A stretch of 64,000 nt of DNA from Chiloscyllium plagiosum. Lineage: Eukaryota. The notes under the pieces were generated by a model, which made no database searches, was not told the DNA's origin, and worked only from the letters and a program-made list of their open reading frames with translations. A program made the position numbers and the translations under genes. The stretch is from the NCBI RefSeq assembly GCF_004010195.1, contig NC_057718.1:41685803-41749802 (forward strand), given 5' to 3'. This document shows, piece after piece, positions 1 to 12,519 of this stretch. How positions within the stretch are numbered: the first letter of the stretch is position 1; each line of letters opens with the position of its first letter.

Positions 1-249
1 AGTTCCGAGATTCATGAACTTGTGAAGTATTGCGTGAATACTTGAGAATCTCCTGAACAGCGAGAGAGTGAAAAGAAATCAAACATGCCAAGACCAAACT
101 TTTCAGCCAGAAGGTAACATATTGTACTCCTACCAATCCTTAAATGTCCAGTTCAGGGCAGCCAACCAGATGTTTGAGAATTCAAATAATGAAAGACAAA
201 GGCTCTGTAATAAAATGGCAAATCATGAGATTCTTGGATTATACCAGAC

Positions 250-748
250 GTTTGTCCTAAACTCCAGAACAGTTACGACACTTTTGATAGACATGCATCA
301 GTGAAAAATAACAATAGTATGGATTGAGAAATGCTAAAACCCACTTGAAAAACTGAAGGCCTTTTGAACAAGCAAGCCTGTTTTGACCAAACACTCAATG
401 TAGTCATTGATGAAACTGACAGCAGGAAACCAAGTTGAGATTGGTGAAACCAATCAGATACTTCTCCAAAAATGAAGCAAGCATCAGAAATTATACTCCA
501 CTGTGGCAAAGGAAACCCTCAGTTTATTACTGGTTCTCTAAAGCTTTGAGATACATATTCAATCTGGGTACAGAGAGGAGACCACATTTTCTGGACCGCA
601 GCCCGTTAATCTTAGAGGCAAGGTACAAGTCCAAAAACACCAGATTATTCTATTAGAGCTTGTTCCTTCAGTCATATAACCTAAAAACCACCTACATTGC
701 TGGGAAATTGAATGTAATTGCGGATACCAGGTCCAGAAATTAAGAGTC
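250..748 (+). mobile_element. Decayed Gypsy-type pol C-terminus (RT connection/RNase H)
   Basis: Frameshifted translation gives KPIRYFSK..., ...RSPLILEARYKSKNTRLFY and LFLQSYNLKTTYIAGKLNVIADTRSRN*. These match the Ty3/Gypsy RNase H motifs P(I)GYFSKK, TDHNPL and RWSL.LQ.Y...I.HI.G..NV.ADALSR. The ORF ends directly after RNase H. Confidence 0.75.
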
Positions 749-1901
749 TAGATTAGAGTGGTGCTGGAAAAGCACAGCAGGTTAGACAGCATCCGAGGAG
801 CAGGAAAATCGATGTTTCGGGCAAACACCTTTCATCAGGACTGAAGGCAGGGAGCCTCCAGGGTGGAGAGGTAAATGGGAGGGGGGTGGGGCTGGGGAGA
901 AGGTAGCTCAGAGTGTGATAGGATGAAGGTGGGGGTGAAGGTGATAGGTTGGAGAGGTGGGTGGAGCGGGTAGCTGGGAAGGAAGATCGACAGGTCAAGA
1001 GGATGGTGCCAAGTTGGAAGGTTTTGCACCTCTTTGCACCACAGGGGAAAGTGCCTGGAGAAGAGAGTGGTTGGTGGGGGGGCATGGACCCAGCATCTAT
1101 AGTCCAACTCTGATCTACAGCACCTGCAGTTCTCACTTTCTCCTAGTTGACTATACTCTCCGCAAATCCAAGATGTAAAATCCAGGATTGTGGTGCACTC
1201 CTTCCTGCCATGCTCTGTATCTGGAGACCAAACCAACCAGGATTCAGCTTCAAACCCCACCTTGCTATGGAAATTACTGAGAAGTCAAAATGACACATTA
1301 ACCATAAAGCCTCATCAACATATTGTTGGTTTCTATTGAGCCACTAACATGGGGATGTAATTTATCTGGTGGGACAACAATAGCCATTGGACACTATGTC
1401 TCTATAAAAGCTGTGTCCACAACTTCCACATCACAGTGACCACTGGAGTGGGTTTTACACAAAATAATCCAACATTTCAACTCCTTCCTCACAAAAATAT
1501 TCCTGTAATTAGTGTTAAAATGGTTTATCTTGAGACGGTTATATCTCCAATAGAAGATCAGATATCAACAGTTATCAGGTCTGACCGAAAATATTGTGAA
1601 AACCCAACATCTTCACAAATATCTCGGACATTGCAGCAAAAACTCACAATTGCTGAGAAAATGTTGGAGACATCCTCTCTGGCAGTGCCTTCCTGAGTTT
1701 GACGGAGGGAGGGACAGACCATCTCCTCAAACATGACTGAAGGTCGTCATTGATGGTGATGGAGAGGTCCAGGAAGGGGAGGGAGGTGTCAGAGATGGTC
1801 CAGGTAAATTTAAGGTCAAGGTGGAATGTGTTGGTGAAGTTGATGAACTGCTCAACTTCTCACGAGGTGGCACCGATGCAGTTATCAGTGTAGCTTTTGC
1901 T
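749..1901 (-). mobile_element. Penelope-like element remnant (pLTR with hammerhead motif plus RT fragment) inserted at the end of Gypsy pol
   Basis: The minus strand at ~1745-1893 translates to YTDNCIGATS/EVEQFINFTNTFHLDLKFTWTISDTSLPFLDLSITI, the PLE RT YIDD region and FLD motif. Positions 749-845 are the pLTR end containing CTGATGA...GAAA. The flanks form a 14-bp direct repeat with 1 mismatch: AGAAATTAAGAGTC (735-748) and AGAAATTAATAGTC (1902-1915). The middle (~1150-1700) is unassigned. Confidence 0.8.
807..842 (-). ncRNA. Minimal hammerhead ribozyme motif (degenerate)
   Basis: The minus strand reads AGUC CUGAUGA AAGGUGUUUGCCC GAAA CA UC GAUU. The core boxes are intact and stem I is AGUC/GAUU. 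Stem II is weakened and the ACGU palindrome has become ACAU. Confidence 0.6.
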
Positions 1902-2049
1902 AGAAATTAATAGTCCCAGTTAGAACTGAAATGATAATACTGACCGAGGCTCGGGAAATGAATGTGTGTGAGTTCTTGTGTATTTGATTTTTAAAAACAA
2001 TTTCCTTTGTAATGATATGCGAATGAATCTAGTTTCATTTACCTTGTGG

Positions 2050-3215
2050 GGGAAGTGAAACCCCCTAAATAATCATAGTTAAAAATCACACAACACCAGG
2101 TTATAGTCCAACAGGTTTAATTGGAAGCACACTAGCTTTCGGAGCGACGCTCCTTTATCAGGTGATTGATGAAGGAGCGTCGCTCCGAAAGCTAGTGTGC
2201 TTCCAATTAAACCTGTTGGACTATAACCTGGTGTTGTGTGATTTTTAACTTTGTACACCCCAGTCCAACACCGGCATCTCCAAATCATAAATAATCATAG
2301 ATATATTTAAACTTTGCTTCAACATGTGTTTTTTTTTAATTAAGCGAGGTCTGTTACAACTGAGAGAGGAAGGTAGATGTAAATTCACTTGCTGTCTGCT
2401 AAAGTCCTGTATGGGACTGATGGAATGTTGCACCTGTAGAGGTGTGTCAGTGAAATTTCAAAGAAAGAAAGAGAAGCGTAACAAGGTGACATAATGAGGA
2501 AGCTGTCTATCTCCCCACTTACAGCATAAAGCTATCTCTTGCAGAAGTTGTGTGTTTTGGCCTCCCATGAAAATATGAGAAAAAGGGTTTAAAACCAACT
2601 ACAACTCTAATCTGTTGGTGGCCTGATGTTCCAGAGTGATGTGAAGGTTATAACTCTGAGAATAGTCATTTAAGTACTCTGTACTGCAGCTAAAATGAAT
2701 AGTAAGTATTCTCACTACTCTGATTGCTGCCAGCAAATCACATTTGAAAGGAATCAGAAAAGAAGAGTTTCAATCAATATAAAAAGGCAAGAATCTTGAA
2801 ATTGATTGTTGAACGATCAACATCAACTCTACCAGTAACATCCAGTTCAACAATTGCAATGTTCAAATAATCATGCCTCGTGGGAAAAATTAAAACTGAT
2901 CTTTATATATTTTTGTTAAACCTTTTCTCTTTGGATTCATTTCTTATTTCTAATCTATGTGCATATTTGTTGTGTTACTATTTCTTCTCAAGTTTTGTAA
3001 CTCATAAATTTACAACAAACTGATTAAGTTGCCTCCCTTTTAAAACATAAATTCATTTGGGTCTGAGGAAAAGGTATCCACAAGGGAAGGGATCCTTTCA
3101 AATTAACTTTGTTGTGATCAATTGGAGGGCAGATGAACAACTAGGGGGAGTCAGTTTACCCCTCCTCACCAAGAAGCTGAATAGTTTCAAGTATCCCACA
3201 TGGAACCATAAGAAA
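2050..3215 (+). mobile_element. Probable 3' LTR of the Gypsy-type element (interrupted by a PLE mini-insertion)
   Basis: It follows the pol remnant and a purine tract (GTGGGGGAAG, ~2046-2055). It is non-coding and ends near CCCCTCCTCACC...CCATAA. Boundaries are approximate. Confidence 0.45.
2077..2287. mobile_element. Palindromic PLE pLTR mini-insertion with two hammerhead motifs
   Basis: Inverted arms at 2077-2160 and 2167-2250 (84 bp each, 1 mismatch, 6-nt loop GGTGAT) are followed by a 37-nt tail at 2251-2287. The exact 13-bp TSD TAAATAATCATAG lies at 2066-2078 and 2288-2300. Confidence 0.9.
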
Positions 3216-3451
3216 AGTGGGGAATCTCATTGGGGGACTGAAAGTGATGTCACACTGTTCAGATCTTGTCTGCTTCCAGCCTTGACTGCAGCATGGGAAC
3301 AGCTTATATGACTCCACCTTGAATCCTCAATGAAGAACACAGTGAGCAGTAACATTAGCAGCAGCAAAAGCAACACATACACCAACTATTTCTCCTCAGC
3401 CATGTCGACAGAATAATGGATGCTCTGTCCCCAGCACAGATTCTGCAATGG

Positions 3452-3565
3452 AGAATCAGCTGTCTTGATAAGTCTAAGTACTGGTGCCATATTAGGCTTA
3501 GACTTTCATGTCCAGTCATTGCAGAGATCAGCAACCTCCTGAAACAAGACTTCTATCCCAGTGGA
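3452..3565 (+). mobile_element. PIF/Harbinger transposase N-terminal remnant
   Basis: It translates to RISCLDKSKYWCHIRLRLSCPVIAEISNLLKQDFYPSG, which resembles the HARBI1-like N-terminal segment S.LD.SE..C.RRLRLSR..I.EIC.LL..DL. Confidence 0.55.
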
Positions 3566-6500
3566 CAAAGAGGTTGCGTCCATTAAGGTGTTTTCCACTA
3601 AAGGGGCCATCTTTGTTTTCTGCCTCTTCATGGACTTTTGTGTCAGTCCCACTATGAGGACAGAAAGTAGAGTTATGTGCCTGATTAATAGAATATTTGA
3701 ACAAGAGAGAATGGTACTTGTGTAGGGAGACTGCAGGTTTGGGTGCAAGATGACAGAAAACTGAAGGTTGGCTGTTTACATGGGAAGTGGTTGGAGAAAG
3801 AGGAAGGAGTGGGACTGCAAAGTGTGTTGGTTAGAGCTGCAATCTGGAAAAGAATCAAAGTGTAGCTGTTAGCACCTGATAATGTTATGTCACTCAACCT
3901 TCCAGTCCTTATTCGGTCTTTGAAACCTTGGGGAACTGTATCTGGGTACAAGTGACCACATTCCAGCTACTCACTTTCTTGATCACATCTATCTATGTCT
4001 ACCTTATCTAAGAGTCTTGTCATTTCCTCCCGTCCAGGGAAGCAATACTTTATGTCAAGCTCTTGGATCCTGCAGCAGGATGTTCCAGAGACCTAGGGAC
4101 CAGCCTTCCCATAATTCCTTTTCATTCCTGTGGTTGCTGAAGCCTCAGAAAGAAATGATAGGCTCTCCCTTTGCTCCCTTCAACTAGAAAATGCTATATT
4201 TGACAGAGTATGGATTCCCTAACCCACTGCCCAACAGCCCTAATGCAACAGGGTCAATTTCAATAAATTTTGACCTTTAGTATTTAGTGGATCAGTGAAG
4301 TCCTTCAACACATTTGTACCTGGAGAGTAACTTTGCACCTACTCCACTGTAAAATTTTTGGAAATTGCTGAATTGAAATGCAATGATTGCAAAGTTTACA
4401 TTTTCTTCTTGATTAGTAAAAGGAACTACAAAAGCTGGTAATTCACATTTACACATGTATATAATTGGCATTTGTAGAATAAAATGAGATGTTATTGTTT
4501 TGACTAGTATTAAGAATTGAATGATAACTAAACATTTAAATAGGATCTTGCATCTTTTCTTTTGATTTCACTAAAATGTACGATTATCTACCTAAGTTTC
4601 TAGTTACATTATATATTTCATAAAAATGTTGCTATTACTTATCTGAATTCACCATTTGCAAAACTGATCCACAGACTTCAGTGGATAGTTGTTTCTTACA
4701 GACATATCATTGTTCTATAATTAAATAACTTCATCTGGTGTACAGTTGCATTTCATTATGCAATACTGAAGCTAAAAATTGTACACCACAAGACAAGTTT
4801 GCCCTATTCTGAAGTATCCTATTATATGTAAGAATAAGAGTTTGCCATGTGTATTCTTAGAAATGTTGCAAGCTACAATATGGACAGAGACCTGATTAGT
4901 CTCCCTCAGTGTTTATCCTCCATACTGTGAGAAAATAAATTCTAGTCAAAATGATCTACTCTGTTTCTTTTAACACCTTTGCCCTTATCCGTGCACCAGT
5001 TATGATCTTGAATGTTGACAGAGTTTCTACTCCAAGCACCTTTTCCCTATGTTCAACAAATGTGAAAGATGCCTGTGATTTCCACATGGCTTCACTCATC
5101 CTACACCCTACACCATTAGTATTAATGTGGAAATCAATTAATGAACACTAAAAGTTTGAGTAAACAGAGGGTTTGAATCCTATAAATGATTGAATGCTGG
5201 AACCAAATGCTGAGCTTCTGCAGCCACTGCACTGTTACAGTATGTGTATGACAAAAATGGTTAATAGATCAAACTCAGTCAATACACGTTTTTGAATGCA
5301 ATTGACCAGAATTACAAATACATTTTGTGAAATCGGTTACACAACCCAAGTCTTCATAGCATAACAACATATATAAGTACTTAGTGTGACAGTAAAAACA
5401 GATTTGGCTGTTTAAGATGAAATACTGATGCTTTGGTCATTTCAGCTGGTAGTCTACATGAAGATTGCCATTGCAGTAGTTTTCTATATGTACAATATTA
5501 ATCTATAGTCAATGCAGAAGAAAACAAAGCTCTGAATGAAATTTGCATTAGTAAGTTATTATTGTCATGGGCAGAATATATGTGTTCCCTTTACTGCTCA
5601 TGTTTCAAAGTCTTTTTTACTAATCAAAGGGGTGGTGATGTTAATTCCATACCCAATGTTGTGGGTTTAGTACCTTGAGTGTTTGAGACAGCTAGCATTT
5701 GTTTGACCAATTCAATTTAATCATACATTTTTGAATAGTTTCAAAAAAGGATATTGATTCAACATCAGACTGAAATATTTCTTATATTTCCTCTTAATTA
5801 GGAGCGTGGCTTCGCATCTACAAATGGAGGCAAGTGACCTTTAGGTAACCATCTTTTGAAGCTTTTTGTGTTTGTTTACAAATATAAAGGTCTGACTGAA
5901 AGTTCATACCATACTGTGGCATGACTTTCTTTTATTTACCAAAGTGGCTCAATTTCTCGTATAATTTAAATGTGATTAAATATTTCCCTTACAGATTCTG
6001 CTTAATTTCCCAGCTGTCTTCACTCTTCTTGAACCATCACTATCAACCATGTAGTAGAGGCACCAATGCTGATCTGTAATCATGTCATAAGAAAGGTGAT
6101 AAAGCTCAAAAGCTTCTATTTCTATCCTTCACTGTTTCAAAAGTACTTTTAAGCTCCATCATTCAATGACTCCATGCCATCATATGTTCAACACAAATAT
6201 AACAATGAAACCTTTTTCAAGTTTATATTCCTGAAGTCACCAGAGTAGTGTTTGCTCAAGAACTTTTGAGGTGGCCCCAATGGGATCTTGAGCTACATTG
6301 CTGGTTTATCCTTCAGTTATGAAAAACATGTCATCTTGGTCAATGCAACACCAGGAGTAGCTGTCCAAAGACTTACTGAACAATCAGTTGTCATCTAAAA
6401 TATATGGTGGTATACATTTACAAGTTTATGTGGCATTTGGTGGCTAGACCTTCAACTATATCAACAAATTATTTGGGAATAACCACAGCATTGATCTTGA

Positions 6501-6739
6501 TTTAAAATGTTACTTAAAGGAATGCTAACTATTTCAGCTTCCCTGTTTGTTGGCCACTGTGAAAAGGACCTCTGAAACATATGACGAGGACATTCCGGGA
6601 TTTTAATCAAGGTTTTGTCAACACTAAAGCAACATTTATTCCGAAAGTTCCCTGAGGATTGAACCGAAAAATGTGGTTAGCATGTTATTTACGCCATCAG
6701 CCCATAACTTAAGAGTATGCACGGACAGGGGAAATGAAT

Positions 6740-7105
6740 GACCAGCAGGCAGTCAATACGATATAGGCAAGATATAGGCCCGTGAGTACCTGTCATTCTG
6801 TAACCTGCGCTCTGTTCTAAATACTGATGAAAGCGATGGTCCACCTGGAACATGCAGCCAAAGCAAAATCTACAGCACATCAACCACAAACAAAGAAGAC
6901 TGCAAAAGCAATGTCCATTGTAGATTTAACTGTTGTGAGAACAGACAAGCATTCCTGCAACTTCTGCTGTGGACCCAGGCTGCTATGTTGCTTCCCTGAT
7001 GCTAGGGTCTAGGATGTCACTGGACAGCAGCAGAGCACCCTGAGGTGGGAAGCTGAGCAGCTAACAGTATCCATGCCAGCATCAATGATTGGTAGCAAGA
7101 GATCA
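6740..7105 (+). mobile_element. CR1 LINE ORF1 (SGNH esterase) remnant
   Basis: KKTAKAMSIVDLTVVRTDKHSCNFCCGPRLLCCFPDARV*DVT...LRWEAEQ is a decayed form of the CR1 ORF1 motif AIVIGDSIVRGTDRRFC...MVCCLPGARVKDV. Confidence 0.7.
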
Positions 7106-7322
7106 CTGAAGCTTTGTGCCTTCCCTCAACAGGACAAACTGATGACAAGGATGAAAAATTTCAAATGATCGCAATGTAGGTTTGTTGGCAAGTAAACTCT
7201 GATTGGCCAAGGCATTGCCATGGAAAAAGCAATGGGGAACTACAGGCTCCTAAGACTCCACGTGATCTCTGGATTGATCCCCATGCCACATGCTAGTGAG
7301 TCCAGAAATAGAAGGGTTGAAT

Positions 7323-10010
7323 TATAGAGTCTTCAAGATGCCCAGCACGAAACAGACCCTTCAGTCCAACTCATCCATGCCATCCAGATATCCCAACCTA
7401 ATCTAGTCCCATTTGCCAGCACTTGGCCCATATAGATCTAAACCCTTCCTCTTCATATACCAATTCAGATGCCTTTTAAATGTTGTAATTGTACCAGCCT
7501 CCATCACTTCCTGTGGTATCTCATTCTACACACACACCACCCTCTGCGTGAAAACGTTGCCCCTTAGATCTCTTTTAAATCTTTCCCCTTTCATCCTAAA
7601 CCAGTGCTCTTTAGTTCTGGACTCCCCTAATTCAGTGAAAAGACTTTGTCTATTTCACATATCCACACCCATCATGATTTTATTAACTTCGATAAGGTCA
7701 CCCCTCAGCCTCAGATGTTCCAGGGAAAATAACCCCAGCCTATTCAGCTTTCCCTATTGCTCAAACCCTCCAACCCTGGCAACATCCTTGTAAATCCTTT
7801 CTGAACCCATTCAAGTTTTGCAAACATCCTTCCTAAAGGAGGGAGACCAGAATTGCATGCAGTATTCCAAAAATGGCCTGTACAGCTGCAACATGATTTC
7901 CCAACTCCATGCTCAATGTTCTGACCAACATTGAACGCATACCAAATACCTTTTTCACTATCCTATCTACCTGAGACTCTACTTTCAAAGAAATATGAAC
8001 CTACACTCCAGGGTCTCTTTGTTCAGCAACAGTCTCTAGGATCTTCCCATTAAGCGTATAAATTCTATTATGGTTTGCCTTTCTAAATGTCTGCATTTCA
8101 CATTTGTCTAAATTAAATTTCATCTGCCACTCCATGGCCCATTTGCCCATCCATCAAGATCCCATTGTACTCTAAGGTAACCTTCTTCGCTGTCCATTAT
8201 ACCTCCAATTTTGGTGTCATGTATAAAACTTACTAACCATACCACCTATGTTCATATCCAAATCATTTATATAAATTATAAAAGGCAGTAGACCCAGCAC
8301 CGGTCCTTGTGGCATTCCATTGGTCACAGGCAACACTCCACCACCACCTTCGAGGTCTTCTACCTTCAAACCAATTCTATATCCAAATGGCTAGTTAGCC
8401 CTTTATTCCATTTGATCTAACCTTGCTAACCAGTCTACCATGAGGAACCTTGTCAAACTGAAGCCTGACTGAAGTCTATTTAGATCACATCAACCACTCT
8501 GCCCTCTTCAGTCCTCTTCATTACTTCTTCAAAAAACTGAATCAAGTTAGTGAGACATGATGTCCCATGCATAAAACCATGTTGATTATCTCTAATCAGT
8601 CCTTGCTTTTCCAAATACATGTATATCCTGTCCTTCGGAATCTTTTAATCTTTTCTGAACCCTTTCAAGTTTCACAACATATTTCCAATAGGAAGGAGAC
8701 CAGAATTACACGAGGCCTAACCAATGTCCTGTACAGCTGCAACATGACCTCCCAACTCCTGTACTCAATACTCTGACCAATAAAGGAAAACATACCAAAT
8801 GCCTTCTTCACTATCCTATCTACCTACAATTCTACTTTCATGGAGCTATGAACTTGTACTCAAAGGTCTCTTTGTTCAGTAACATTCCCCAGGACCTTAC
8901 CATTAAGTGTAAAAGTCCTGCTAAGATTTGCTTTCACAAAATGCTGCTCCTCACATCTATTTAAATTAAACTCTAACTGCCACTCCTCAGCCCATTGGCC
9001 CATCTGATCAAGATCCCATTGTAATCTGAGTAACCTACTTGCTGTCCACTACACCTCCAATGTTGGTGTCATCTGCAAACCTACTAACTGTACCTCTTAT
9101 GCTCACATCCAAACCATTTATATAAATGATGAAAAGTAGTGGACCCCACCGATCCTTGCGGCACTCCACTGGTCACAGTCTCCAGTCTGAAAGACAACCC
9201 TCCATCACCTCCCTCTGTCTTCTACCTTTGAGCCAGTTCTGTATCCAAATGGCTAGTTCTCCCTGTATTCCATGAGATCTAACCTTGCTAATCAGTCTCC
9301 CGTGGGGAATATTGTCGAATGTCTTACTGAAGTCCACAAAGATCACATCCACCGCTATGCCCTCATCAATCCTCTTTGTTACTTCTTCAAAAAATTCAAT
9401 CAAGTTTTTGAGACATGATTTCCCATGCACAAAGCCATGTTGACTATCCCTAATCAGTCCTTGCCTTTCCAAATACATGTACATCCTGTCCCTCAGGATT
9501 CTCTCCAACAACTTGCCCACCACCGACGTCAGGCTCACTGGTCTATAGTTCCCTGGCTTGTCCTTACCACCTTTCTTAAACAGTGGCACCACGTTAGCCA
9601 ACCTCCAGTCTTCCGGCACCTCACCTGTGACTATCGATGATACAAATATCTCAGCAAGAGGCCCAGCAATCACTTCCCTAGCTGCGCAAAGAATTCTAAA
9701 GTACACCTGATCAGGTCCTGGGGATTTATCCACTTGTGTGTATTTCAAGATATCCAGCACTTCCTCTTTTGTAATATGGACATTTTTCAAGATGTCACCA
9801 ACTATTTCCCTACATTCTATATCTTCCATATCTTTTCCACAATAAATACTGATGCAAAACACTCATTTAGTATCTCCCCATCTCCTGCGACTCCACACAA
9901 AGACTGCCTTGCTGATGCTTGAGGGACCCTATTCTCTCCCTAGTTACCGTTTTGTCCTTATTGTGTTTGTAAAAACCCTTTGAATTCTATCTGCCAAAGC
10001 TATCTCATAT
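7323..10010 (-). mobile_element. CR1/HER1-type LINE, 5'-truncated, with internal ~855-bp duplication
   Basis: ORF 9173-9862 has DKSPGPDQ, VPEDWRLANVVPLFKKG, NYRPVSLTSVVGK, QHGF..GKSC and DFSKTFD. GVPQGS lies at ~9150-9170 and FADD at ~9066-9080. The CR1 3' UTR is at 7323-7450. Confidence 0.93.
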
Positions 10011-10029
10011 TAAGAAAATTAAGAAAAAT

Positions 10030-12510
10030 CACTATAGATTTATTAAGGAAAAATCCTGTTTCGCTAACTTATCAGTGTAGTTTTTTGAGAGAGTAGTGAA
10101 GATTAATGAGGATAATACCGTTAATGTGACATAAATGGACTTCAAATGATATCCGATATACGAACATGGAACAGGAGTAGGCCATTCAACCTGCCACTCT
10201 TTTCAATAAGATCATTTGATCGAATAATAATCTCAAATCCACATTTCTGTCAGATTTTGATAACCTTTCACCCCCATTGCTTAAAAATAATCTATTCCCC
10301 TCTGCTTTAAAAGTATTGAAGAAAACTGCTTTGAAGCAAGAAACTTCCAAAGGTCCTTAACTCTCCAAGAGAAGAATAAAATCCAATTAATCTCTGTTTT
10401 AAATGGGTGGCTTCTGAGTTTTAAATCATAACTCATCATTCTTGATTCTCCTATAAGCGAAACTGTCCTCTTGACACTTAACCCTGTCAAGACCTTGTAG
10501 AATTTTGTATGTTTCATTGAAGTCTCTTCTATTCTTCTAAAGTCCAGTAGATACAAGGCTAGCCTGTGGAACATTTCCTCATGAGACCCAAGCTCATTTC
10601 AGCTATTAGGTTGCTAAACCTCCTCTGAAGTCTTTTGAAACATTATGAAGAATGTATGTTTCATAACATGACCAAGAATGTAAAGAGTATTCCAAATGTA
10701 GTCTCACCAGTGTCCTTATAATTGAAGCAAAACCTTCTTACCTTGGTATTCCACTCTCATAGAGTCATTGAATCATAGAGTCATAGAGTTATACAGCATG
10801 GAAACAGACCATTTGGACCAACTTGTCCGTACCAACTAGATATCCAATTTCCCAACACTTGGCCCATATCCCTCTAATCCCTTCCTATTCCTGTACCCAT
10901 TCAGATGTCTTTTAAATGTTGTAATTGCACCCGCCTCTACCACCTCCTCTAGTAGCTTATTCCATATATGCACTACCCTCTGTAGGAAAATGTTATCCCT
11001 CAGGTCCCTTTTAAGTCTTACCTCCCTCACCCTAAACCTATGCCCTCAAGTTTGGGACTCACCTACCCTCAACAAAAGACCTTGGCTATTCACCATATCC
11101 ATGCCTCTCATGACCTTCCATTAAATGATACTGTTCTATTTGTATTCCTCATTACTTACATCTTAACCTTCTGTAATTCATGCACTTAGACCCCAGGTCA
11201 ATTTGCATCTTGTAAAGTACATCCTGCATGAATACAGAGAGAGTTCATGGAATAAAAGGATAATAGCAACATGGATACAAAGTTGGCTTGAGTGATAGAA
11301 AATAAAAAGTAGTTGTGAACAGTTGTGTCCTGACTTGAGGGATATTTGTCGTGGAATTCCACAATGCTTCGTGTTAGGATTGCTGTTCTTCCTGATATTT
11401 ATTAATGACCAGACCTTGGTGTACAGGCACACTTTGAAAATTCACATCTAATTCAAAATTTGGATATGGTGACTCATGAGGAGGATGGTGTAGAAATTTA
11501 AAATGACACAGACGGAGTGGCAGAATGAGCCGACAATAATATGAAATTTTAACAGAGAAATGTGAAATGAAATGTTGGTAGAAAAAACACAGAAAGACAA
11601 TATAAAAGTCAGCATGCAATGATAAAAGCAGCAGCGGATCAGAGGGACTTAGTTATATACCTAAGGAGAAGTTTGATTAGCTGAGAATTCTTTCACTGGA
11701 TTGTAGGAGATTGCGGGGTGACCTTATAGAGAATTATGAGGTGAATAGCAAAGGTATTTTCCCTAGTGTTGGGGAGTTCAAAACTAGAGGGCATAATTTT
11801 ATGGTGAGAAGAGAAAGATTTAATAGGGACATAAGGAACAAATTTTTCACACAGAGGGTGGTTCTTAAATGGAATGAACTGAAGCGGTAGGTGCAGGTAC
11901 ATTTGGACAGGTACATGAATAGGAGTTAGAAAGGATGCAGAAAAGATTCCCAAGCATGGTTCCTGGGATAGAGGATTTAAGTTACATAGAAAGATTGGTG
12001 AACATAAGTAATAAGAGCAGGAATAGGCCAGTCAGCTGCTCAACACTGCCTTCCATTCTATAAGATCATGGATGATCTACATAAGGCCTTAACTCCTCTT
12101 TCAGAGTTACTTATACCCCTCAATTCCTCAAACTGTCAGAAATCTATCTACCTCCTCTAAATATTTTCAGTGATCAAACCTCCACAAATCTTTGGGGTAG
12201 AGATTTCTAGATATTCATTACACCCCAGAAGAAGACATCCCTTTGTATCTCAGTTTAAATGAATGTCCCCTTATTCTGTAACTCTGTCCCTTAGTTTGAG
12301 ATTCTCCAAATAGTGTAAACATTTTCTCAACAGCTAAACTATCAAGCCCTCTCAGAATACAGTATGTTTAAAAAAGGTCACCAGTCATACTTTGAATCTC
12401 TAATGAATAATGGCCTAACCTGTTTAGCCTGACTTGATAAATCAACTATTTCATCATAGGAATTGGCCTCATGAATCTGTTTTGAACTGCCTCCAATCTC
12501 AGTTTCTATG
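10030..12510. mobile_element. Cluster of older CR1 fragments in both orientations
   Basis: It contains repeated CR1 ORF2 C-terminal and 3' UTR motifs. Examples are ORF 10836-11030 (FLQRVVHIWNKLLEEVVEAGAITTFKRHL) with a (CATAGAGT)n tail at ~10758-10790, and ORF 10281-10574 (FFSWRVKDLW). Confidence 0.8.
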
Positions 12511-12519
12511 TTTCATCTT

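Noticed and set aside
2077..2250. Palindrome read as a MITE with long TIRs or as a miRNA precursor
   Set aside because: The same sequence occurs as a single arm at 17031-17165, it has a one-sided tail and a 13-bp TSD, and it contains an HHR core. All of this fits a PLE pLTR inversion better.
3570..4330. Possible L1/Tx1-type LINE remnant
   Set aside because: It is too decayed to translate into diagnostic motifs and is left unassigned.
6824..6850. CTGATGA as another hammerhead core (also at ~28843)
   Set aside because: There is no stem II followed by GAAA-NN-UH and no pLTR context, so it is a chance heptamer.
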